Source: Microcoleaceae cyanobacterium (GTDB taxonomy: Bacteria; Cyanobacteriota; Cyanobacteriia; Cyanobacteriales; Microcoleaceae). From it: a DNA stretch of 28,955 nucleotides. Positions 1-7,502 of this stretch are shown one piece after another. Both the position numbers and the translations under genes were made by a program. Under the pieces are notes generated by a model. That model did no database searches. It saw only the letters and a list, made by a program, of their open reading frames with translations, and was not told the DNA's origin. Where the stretch lies: NCBI GenBank assembly GCA_051652765.1, contig JBOFUV010000001.1, positions 1 through 28,955 of the forward strand, in the 5' to 3' direction. Each line of letters begins with the position of its first letter. Position 1 is the stretch's first letter.

Positions 1-169
1 CTGTAGCTACATAAGGAGCCACACCTAACTGATCCTCAGTAATCAGAAACAGACCTTGAGGAGATTTCAATATCTGAGAAAACGGCTGTTGGGGGAGCGG
101 TTCACCTTCAGGCTGCATTCGGTAACGCGGTAAGGATGCCAGGGGCTTCCTTACCAGGGAGACTTTCCC
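1..169 (-). CDS. -1 frame continuation of the PKS (probable pre-ketoreductase region), partial, runs off the left edge
   Basis: From GGG at 169-167 the frame reads GKVSLVRKPLASLPRYRMQPEGEPLPQQPFSQILKSPQGLFLITEDQLGVAPYVAT with no stop to position 1. It resembles the segment that follows the tandem ACPs in PfaA-type synthases. The only ATG before it becomes PKS-like is at 118-116. Confidence 0.72.
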
Positions 170-186
170 AAGCCATGTTTCTCTCC
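129..186 (-). promoter_or_regulatory. Candidate -1 programmed ribosomal frameshift signal (SD-like GGAG, G_GGA_AAG slippery heptamer, 7-nt spacer, stem-loop)
   Basis: On the minus strand: GGAG (186-183), 13 nt, GGGAAAG (169-163, phased TTG GGA AAG), TCTCCCT (162-156), then GGTAAGGA-A-GCC-CCT-GGC-A-TCCTTACC (155-129). Confidence 0.75.
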
Positions 187-3100
187 AACTAAAACAGGAG
201 TAGCAATCGCCCCCACGATTTGAGCCAGACTGTTAAGGGATTTCACTCGGGTTAACTGATCCATCTGAGCTTGAATGCCACTGGCAAAGGGTTCCGGCAG
301 TTGTTTTTGAAGCGCCCCCAGAATTTCTACCCGCTTAATCGAGTCAATGCCCAATTCCGCTTCCAAGTCCTGATCTAGCCCCAACATTTCTGGAGGATAA
401 CCCGTGCGATCACTTACCAAATTCACTAAGACTTGAATCAACTCAGTCTGATCTGGCGGGGTAGGAGCCAGTGGGGTTGCTGCTGATGGTACTTCCGGTT
501 GGGGGGTTGATGACACTGATTGGGCCATGGGTGGCGTGACAGGCTGAGGAACAGGAGCAGACGCTAAGACTTGAGTCACCCAATGATTCAGGGATTTCAC
601 TCGGGTTAACTGATCCATTTGGGCTTGAATCCCACTGGCAAAAGGTTCTGGCAGTTGTTTTTGGAGCGCCCCCAGAATTTCTACCCGCTTAATCGAATCA
701 ATGCCCAATTCCGCTTCCAAATCCTGATCTAGCCCCAACATTTCTGGAGGATAACCCGTGCGATCGCTGACTAGATTCACCAGAGTTTGAGTGAGTTCTG
801 CTGGGTTCAGCCCAGGAGCAGAGCTAAGGGATGAAGTTTCTTCCTGCTGAGGTTCTGTAGCTTGAAGTTCTGGTTTAACGTCCAGTTGCTGAACTATCGG
901 TTGCTGAACTACGGGTTTAACGTCTGGTTCAAAGTCTAATTTAACCTCTGGTTTAACGGGCTGATCTACCAGAAAAGTGTGATTTGAGTCTAGAACTTGG
1001 AGTTGGGAGGCATGACCATTGGTAGGGGCCGTTTGATGAGTCGGCTGATCGGGTGTTAAAAATGCCTGAGAGTTGATCGGAGAACTAAGGACTGGTAGGA
1101 ACTCCTGGGGTAATTGGGGTTGAGAATTTCCCTCAGGCTGTTTTCCAATTGAGGAAGAGGGAACAACTGGGAAAGGCGGATGCCCAAATCCTGAAGAACT
1201 TAGAACGTTTCCTGAGTGTTCCTGTTGCTTCTCCCTTGAAGTTGGATGCATTAAGGGCTTGGACTGATTTCCCGTAAGAAACTGATGCATGACTTGTTCT
1301 TGCAGACTCAAGAATTGGCGCATCGTTTCCTGGTAGGCTTGGTAGGCTCCTAGCCGTTCTGACTCAGATAAAGCTGTCACAGAAACATCAAGGTGATGGG
1401 GCTGGGAAGTTTGCATGGGTTGAGGGGTTTGAGGTTGAGGAACTGTTTGGAAAGCAGTAGGGTTCGTTGAAGGAACGGGGGCTTGAGTTTTCCCCTGATG
1501 CGATATGCCGTTATTGCTGTGATCGACTGTAGAGTGATTCATTGACTTGACCGGAGAGGTTGACTGAAGTTGCGGAACGGGTTGGGCAGGAGCTGGCGCA
1601 AGGGATTGCTCAGGAGGTTCCCCTAAGGCTGGGGTGATCGGTTGAGCATTGGGTTGGGCTGGAATCAGTTGTAGGGTGGGTTGATTGTCTTGGTTAAAGG
1701 GAGGAAGTTTCCCAGCATATCCAACAGTCTCCGTTTGAGGTCTGATGCCGCCGCCATTGAGGAGCCAAGTTGTTTTGGGTAAGGGCGGCTTTTGAGTTGA
1801 CGCAACCAAGCGAGACAGGTCTAACGGCTGTACGGTTCGATGGTCAAATAATGCCGTTAATTTAACCTGAACGCCCTGAGTCACCAGGGTTCCCAAGGCA
1901 TTCAGATAGCCCCGCAAACCGCCACCATTGCCATCCAAAGATACGGCTAGATGAGGCTTGTCAGCCAGAATTTGACTGGTGAGTTTTGTTAACACACTCT
2001 TGGGCCCCAACTCAATAAATATCCGGGCTCCATCCTGATACATCGCTTCAATTTGCTGGACGTACTCCACCGAAGCCAGGAGGTGTTTTGAAAGCTGACT
2101 GCGGATTGAATTCACGTCAGCGGTGTAGGGTTGGGCCGTAGAGTTGGCGTACACTGGAATTTGCGGCAGTTGGATCTCAGTTGCAGCGATCGCCTCCGCT
2201 AATGGAACCTGGGCAGTGGCGACCAAACAAGTGTGAAACGCTCCAGCCACAGGCAAGAGACGAGCTTTGATGTCTGTTCCATTCAGGGAGTTCACCACCG
2301 CTTCAACAGCGGAGCGACTTCCCGAAATCACAGACTGGAGCGGCGCATTGTGATTGGCAATCACCACCCCAGCAAACCCCTTGAGATGATTTAACACCTC
2401 GGCACGGGTTGCTTGAACAACGGCCATGGCTCCAGGAACTTCCTGACAAGCAGTTGCCATGACTCGACCCCGGATTTCAGATAGGTTTAGCAAGTCTGCT
2501 GGGGATAACACTCCGGCGGCATACAGGGCTGTATACTCCCCGTAGCTATGGCCTGCAACCATGTCAGCTCGTAAGCCCAATTGATCCGCTAGTTTGAGGA
2601 AACCCATCTCCACAGTGCCAATGGCCGGTTGGGCAATATGGGTGTTCATGAGTTCTTGGTGATTGCGTTCATCGTCCAGGTCTGAATAGGGACTGGGGGG
2701 GTAAATCCACTGACTCAGTCGCTGAGGGAGATGTTGACGGAGGGATTGATCCGCAAACTCGAGGGCCTGCCGCATGACTGGGAAATAAAGCGCAATCTCA
2801 CGGGCCATCTCAGGATATTGAGATCCCTGGCCTGGAAATAGAAAGGCAATGGGAGCCTGAACCGTAGTAGTTTGCCAGTTGAGCTGAATGTGCAGCGGGA
2901 GCGGCGTGGAATTCGGTTGGTGTAGATGGTCAAGGACTTGGGTCAGGCAGGTATTCAGATGGAGCAAACTCTCTGCTACAAGGGTGAGGCAGACAGGTAA
3001 ATCCGAGCGGTGTTGAGCCTGTTGGATAATGCTGTAGGACAAGTCCCGCAAGAGGGGCTCTGCCCCAGCCTGAAGATCCTGCTGCAAGTTTTGTAGGGAT

Positions 3101-6100
3101 TGAATTAGGGTTTCCCGACTTACTGCCCGCCAGAGGAACAGTTCACAGGGCCAACATTCCCCGCCTGGAGACTGCTCTGTTGTGAGTTCCCCTGGGTATT
3201 CTTCGAGTACCGCATGGAAGTTTGTGCCGCCAAAGCCAAAAGCACTAACGGCTCCGCGCCGAGGGTAATCAGGGTGTTTGAGCCAAGGATGAGCCTGTTT
3301 TAACAGATAGACGGGGCTAGCCGGATCGTGAATGGTCTCCAAGGGCTGCTCTACCCCGCTGTGAGGTGGGAGAACCTTGTGATGAAGAGCCAGTGCCATT
3401 TTGACTAGACCGACTACCCCGGCTGAACTCTTGGTGTGGCCAACCAGGGTTTTCACTGATCCAATCGCACAGGACTTGGGCGCAGCTTGATGGGTGACTA
3501 AGGCCCGCAACAGGGTTTCTAATTCAGCCCGATCCCCAGCCACAGTCCCGGTTCCGTGGGCTTCATACAGGGCCAAGGTGTTGGGGGAAAATCCTGCTCT
3601 TTGATAAGCCCGGTTTACGGCTCGCAGTTGTCCGGTGGGGAGGGGAGCTGTCAGTCCTAACGCCTTTCCATCACTAGAACTGGCAACAGCTTTAATCACG
3701 CCATAAATCCGATCTCCATCCCGTTCAGCATCCGCCAAACGCTTGAGGACAACAATAGCAATTCCCTCGCTGATGACAATGCCATCGGCATTTTGATCGA
3801 AGGTGCGGGCTTGGCCTTGGGGAGATAGGGCTTGGGTTTTGCTGAAACATAGATAGGCAAAGGGACTTTGGCAAGTATCAACTCCGCCCGCGATCGCCAC
3901 GTTGCACCGTCCGGTTTCCAGTTCCTTGACCGCTGCATCAATGGCCGCCAATGAAGACGCACAGGCTGCATCCACGGTAAAGTTTGCGCCCCCAAAGTCG
4001 AAACGGTTGGTGACTCGTCCAGCAATGACATTCAAGAGGAGTCCAGGGAAGGATTCTTCTGTCCATTCGGGTAACCGTTCTCGACTCGATTCTGGCACTT
4101 CACCCACAAATCGCGGCAATTCAGAACGGGTGGCATATTGTTGGCCCAAATCGGCAATACCGCCGCCCGCCCCGAGAATGACACTGGTATTCTCGCGGTC
4201 AAAGGGCCGCTCTGCATACCCCGCATTTTCCAAGGCCCGCCGCACTGCTTCTAGGGTTAACAATTGCAGAGGTTCAATTGACTTGAGGGATTTGGGGGGA
4301 ATGCCAAATTTTAGCGGGTCAAACGGTACATCATCCAAAAATCCGCCCCATTTGGAATAGACTTTATCTCGGGCATGGCGATTTGGATCGTAGTACAGTC
4401 GCCAGTCCCACCGAGAGCTGGGAATTTCAGTAATGGCGTTAACCTGGCGCAGCAGATTGTCCCAAAATTGCTCTGGGTACTGAGCTTTGGGCAAGAGGGT
4501 GGAAAGGCCAATAATGGCGATATCAGAGGCCGGATATTTTTGGGGTTCAGGATGAACTTTGGGTTCGGGATGAACTTTGAGCTGGTTGATCCAAGCAGTG
4601 CTCACCTCTGAAACTTCTTGATGTAATTCTCTTAGGGTACAGACTTCCCCCCGCAGGGTTGCTACTTGACCCAGCATGTACATGCCATCCTTGATCTGTT
4701 GATCGGGATTGACCGTAACGAGTTCTCCAGCTTGATTGCGCTTAACCCCTTTGGATGCCACCCGCAACCGTCCCAAGGTTAAGTTTTCCAAGGTTTCTTT
4801 AATCTCATCCGGTGAACGGTCGGCTGCGATCAGACTGCGGCGAGTGTCATAGAATTCTTGAGCAAACGGAGTAACGGCGCAACGGCTGGCATGACCAGGC
4901 CCCGTTTCCAAATTAATCGTGTGTTGACAGGCAAGCACTTGAGCTTGGAACCCGGACGTAATCGCCCCTGTACTAACCGCTTCCTGAGTGAAGATATAGG
5001 CAGTACCCATCAACGCTCCAACCTTCATGCCCCGTGCAGCCAAGGGCGCAGCCATGACGCTGACCATAGCCGCAGAACAACGGTCATGAATTCCCCCGGC
5101 AAAGAGGACGTGAATCTCTGACTCTGCCCCATCTGGAACGGCTTGGAGCAGAGTGGCAATCATGGTTTCCCACAATACAAAGCTGCTCAAAGGGCCAACA
5201 TGACCGCCACACTCGCGACCTTCAAATACAAATCGTCGGGCTCCCTGCTCTAAGAAGAGTTTGAGCAATCCAGGGGTCGGAACATGCAGATAGGTGGCAA
5301 TTCCTTCTGCTTCTAAATGCGCGGCTTGATCGGGGCGACCTCCAGCAATTAAGGCAAACGGAGGTTTAATCTCCAGCACCACCGCCAATTGTTCCTGTCT
5401 GAGGGATTGGGGGACAAACCCCAGAATTCCAATCCCCCAAGGCTGTTGAGGCATCAGGGTTTTAGCCTGTTGCAATAAGTCACGAACCTGCGACCCCCGC
5501 ATCAACGCTAGGGCTATCATGGGTAAACCGCCTGCTTGAGCAACGGCTTGGGCAAAACTGGCTTGATCACTCACCCGAGTCATAGGCCCTTGAACAATGG
5601 GATATTGTGTTCCATGGGATTGGGCAAGGGGAGCATCAGGAGCAAAGGGTTTGATGGTTTTTGCCAGTTCCACCTGATCCACACTGGCCTGCAACAAGGC
5701 TTGTACCAGTTGGCGGGTAGTACCGTAGCGAGTGTACAAATCCGCTGCTAAGCCAACGGCTTGACCCATGGGCCATGCTAGGGTTTCGGGTTGATCCCAA
5801 CCCAACCATTGTTGCGCCTGTTGTTGCCAAGCTTGAGATTTGCGAGTAGAATCGCTCTCTTCAATTTCAATCTGATTAGCAAGGCGTTGTAACGTGTCAA
5901 TCACTTTAAATCCGGGCCGAGACAACACTCGACAGCCCGTCTGGAACCGCTCTCCAATCACGGTTGCTTCCTGACCGTTTAGCCGTTGGAGATGAGCTTG
6001 AGCCGCTTGAGACAAGGGCGATTCCGGCATTAACCACAACTGATCATCCAAAACAACTCCTGCTGCCCCTGCCGCCCGACAAGCTGCTGCCGTGTGAATT

Positions 6101-6618
6101 CCCATTCCACCCTGAATGTAAACGGGTTGAGTTGAGGTTCTGAGTAGTTTTTGGGTAAGAATCAGGGCTGAATCTTCACCAACCCAACCCCCACTTTCAT
6201 GACCTCGGGCTACCCATCCTGAAAACTGCAAAGATTGCGCTTCTACCGCTTTAACCTGCTCTACACTGAGCACTTCTAGAAGGAGTTGGCGGGAGGGAGC
6301 AACGGGTAGAGCGGCGATCGCCTGTTGTAGTGAAGACAATGTCCAGTGACACAGGATCAGCCAGTGAGGTTGATCGCAAAGTGAAGTGAGTAGTGGATTT
6401 TGAGCGACTTGATCGGCCCGTAAACGGAGTCCAACAGCACCAGGGTTTCGATTTAAGGTCAATAGTTGATTCAGATTTTTGCTGGCGGGCTCAAGATCTT
6501 GCTGGGAACAAAACTCCTGATCTAAAATGCCTACTCCTCCAGCTTGATTAACTGCGATCGCCAACTCTACAGTCGGTAATGCAATTGGAAATACCCCAAA
6601 ACAGCGAAAACTATTCAT
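151..6618 (-). CDS. Iterative type I polyketide/fatty-acid synthase, 0-frame product (ER-like x2, KS, AT, Pro/Gln linker, ACP x2), about 2155 aa
   Basis: KS motifs are DAACASSL (Cys codon 3961-3963), EAHGTGT and GHTKSSAG. AT motifs are FPGQGSQY, GHSYGE and AGAFH. There are two LGIDSIKRVEIL ACP motifs (Ser codons 694-696 and 340-342). N-terminal FabK/nitronate-monooxygenase-like motifs are PIVQGPM, EGRECGGH and LFAGGIHD. I prefer the ATG at 6618 (MNSFRCF) over the ORF-track GTG at 6732. Confidence 0.93.
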   Translation of the reverse strand: MNSFRCFGVFPIALPTVELAIAVNQAGGVGILDQEFCSQQDLEPASKNLNQLLTLNRNPGAVGLRLRADQVAQNPLLTSLCDQPHWLILCHWTLSSLQQAIAALPVAPSRQLLLEVLSVEQVKAVEAQSLQFSGWVARGHESGGWVGEDSALILTQKLLRTSTQPVYIQGGMGIHTAAACRAAGAAGVVLDDQLWLMPESPLSQAAQAHLQRLNGQEATVIGERFQTGCRVLSRPGFKVIDTLQRLANQIEIEESDSTRKSQAWQQQAQQWLGWDQPETLAWPMGQAVGLAADLYTRYGTTRQLVQALLQASVDQVELAKTIKPFAPDAPLAQSHGTQYPIVQGPMTRVSDQASFAQAVAQAGGLPMIALALMRGSQVRDLLQQAKTLMPQQPWGIGILGFVPQSLRQEQLAVVLEIKPPFALIAGGRPDQAAHLEAEGIATYLHVPTPGLLKLFLEQGARRFVFEGRECGGHVGPLSSFVLWETMIATLLQAVPDGAESEIHVLFAGGIHDRCSAAMVSVMAAPLAARGMKVGALMGTAYIFTQEAVSTGAITSGFQAQVLACQHTINLETGPGHASRCAVTPFAQEFYDTRRSLIAADRSPDEIKETLENLTLGRLRVASKGVKRNQAGELVTVNPDQQIKDGMYMLGQVATLRGEVCTLRELHQEVSEVSTAWINQLKVHPEPKVHPEPQKYPASDIAIIGLSTLLPKAQYPEQFWDNLLRQVNAITEIPSSRWDWRLYYDPNRHARDKVYSKWGGFLDDVPFDPLKFGIPPKSLKSIEPLQLLTLEAVRRALENAGYAERPFDRENTSVILGAGGGIADLGQQYATRSELPRFVGEVPESSRERLPEWTEESFPGLLLNVIAGRVTNRFDFGGANFTVDAACASSLAAIDAAVKELETGRCNVAIAGGVDTCQSPFAYLCFSKTQALSPQGQARTFDQNADGIVISEGIAIVVLKRLADAERDGDRIYGVIKAVASSSDGKALGLTAPLPTGQLRAVNRAYQRAGFSPNTLALYEAHGTGTVAGDRAELETLLRALVTHQAAPKSCAIGSVKTLVGHTKSSAGVVGLVKMALALHHKVLPPHSGVEQPLETIHDPASPVYLLKQAHPWLKHPDYPRRGAVSAFGFGGTNFHAVLEEYPGELTTEQSPGGECWPCELFLWRAVSRETLIQSLQNLQQDLQAGAEPLLRDLSYSIIQQAQHRSDLPVCLTLVAESLLHLNTCLTQVLDHLHQPNSTPLPLHIQLNWQTTTVQAPIAFLFPGQGSQYPEMAREIALYFPVMRQALEFADQSLRQHLPQRLSQWIYPPSPYSDLDDERNHQELMNTHIAQPAIGTVEMGFLKLADQLGLRADMVAGHSYGEYTALYAAGVLSPADLLNLSEIRGRVMATACQEVPGAMAVVQATRAEVLNHLKGFAGVVIANHNAPLQSVISGSRSAVEAVVNSLNGTDIKARLLPVAGAFHTCLVATAQVPLAEAIAATEIQLPQIPVYANSTAQPYTADVNSIRSQLSKHLLASVEYVQQIEAMYQDGARIFIELGPKSVLTKLTSQILADKPHLAVSLDGNGGGLRGYLNALGTLVTQGVQVKLTALFDHRTVQPLDLSRLVASTQKPPLPKTTWLLNGGGIRPQTETVGYAGKLPPFNQDNQPTLQLIPAQPNAQPITPALGEPPEQSLAPAPAQPVPQLQSTSPVKSMNHSTVDHSNNGISHQGKTQAPVPSTNPTAFQTVPQPQTPQPMQTSQPHHLDVSVTALSESERLGAYQAYQETMRQFLSLQEQVMHQFLTGNQSKPLMHPTSREKQQEHSGNVLSSSGFGHPPFPVVPSSSIGKQPEGNSQPQLPQEFLPVLSSPINSQAFLTPDQPTHQTAPTNGHASQLQVLDSNHTFLVDQPVKPEVKLDFEPDVKPVVQQPIVQQLDVKPELQATEPQQEETSSLSSAPGLNPAELTQTLVNLVSDRTGYPPEMLGLDQDLEAELGIDSIKRVEILGALQKQLPEPFASGIQAQMDQLTRVKSLNHWVTQVLASAPVPQPVTPPMAQSVSSTPQPEVPSAATPLAPTPPDQTELIQVLVNLVSDRTGYPPEMLGLDQDLEAELGIDSIKRVEILGALQKQLPEPFASGIQAQMDQLTRVKSLNSLAQIVGAIATPVLVGEKHGLGKSPW
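237..790 (-). repeat. Intragenic duplication encoding two near-identical ACP domains (offset 354 nt)
   Basis: About 591-790 and about 237-436 both encode LVNLVSDRTGYPPEMLGLDQDLEAELGIDSIKRVEILGALQKQLPEPFASGIQAQMDQLTRVKSLN, with only synonymous differences in this core. Confidence 0.95.
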
Positions 6619-7502
6619 TTTGTAGCAATCCCCAATAATTGATCGGAATAGAAGGTGAAGGGATATTAACCCCAACTTTAAAACCTGCTCTAAACTTCTC
6701 TTCAGTGATTTTTCTAGACGACAAAGAGTCACACCTCACTTTTGAGGCAAGAAACTTCAAGGCATGAACTAAGGGTTGGTCAAGTTTCTCATATTCGGAA
6801 GTATTCCAGAATTTAGTATCTTGGAATGCAATCTATTAAAAAAACAGACTCTTAAACAGAAATTCAGTCAGTCAGGATGCAAGAACTGGTCACAAGCTAA
6901 AACATAGGAGGGCTTTCAGTATACTTAGGAACAGCCATACGAAAGTATGCAATGCACTGAAGTTAATTTGTAGATAGATCCCTCAACATCAATTATAAAG
7001 CCAAACTTTTTGTTATCAATCAAGTTAGAAGATACTCATTTGGGGGACTACCCAACTCCAAAATTTATGTGTTAAGCTTCAGGAAAGAGCCCAGGCTAAA
7101 ACCTTAAGAATTGTCTTAGGAACCCTTCATTAATTCTCAATCAACAGGTCTCGAGGTGCATAAAGTCATCAGAGGGTAGCTATTAAGTATGTTGTACAGC
7201 GATGTTTAAAGCAGTGAAGGCGAGGGACATCTAGCCATTTAATTTCCCCTTTTTACAAGGAGAATTAGGGAGGTTGCCCTATGTTGAATCTGAACAAAAA
7301 CCGTTGTCACTGAGTGTGTTGCAACTAAGTTGTGCATCCAGAGCGAATGATCAGCTTGATCCACTGGAGTTCTTTAATTCAGTGTCTGTTTAATTGGATG
7401 ACGCTCATTCTATTGGCAGTCAGCTTAGGTTTGCTTGCTAATTCTTTGCGGTATTTGCTGTCAGTTTATAGTCATTAACCAGTAATTTTTGAGGGGAAAT
7501 AA

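Noticed and set aside
2715..5830. Short overlapping or antisense ORFs inside the PKS (e.g. 3902-4360)
   Set aside because: They are shadow frames of a well-supported gene and have no recognisable motifs.
151..6618. Calling the PKS a frameshifted pseudogene
   Set aside because: All catalytic motifs are intact, and the frame change falls in an interdomain linker exactly on a heptamer-spacer-hairpin signal. Recoding or a split gene fits better, though a lesion is not formally excluded.
6619..6732. 38-codon N-terminal extension of the PKS from the GTG at 6732
   Set aside because: It is AT-rich, UTR-like sequence with no domain features, and the ATG at 6618 directly precedes the first ER-like domain.
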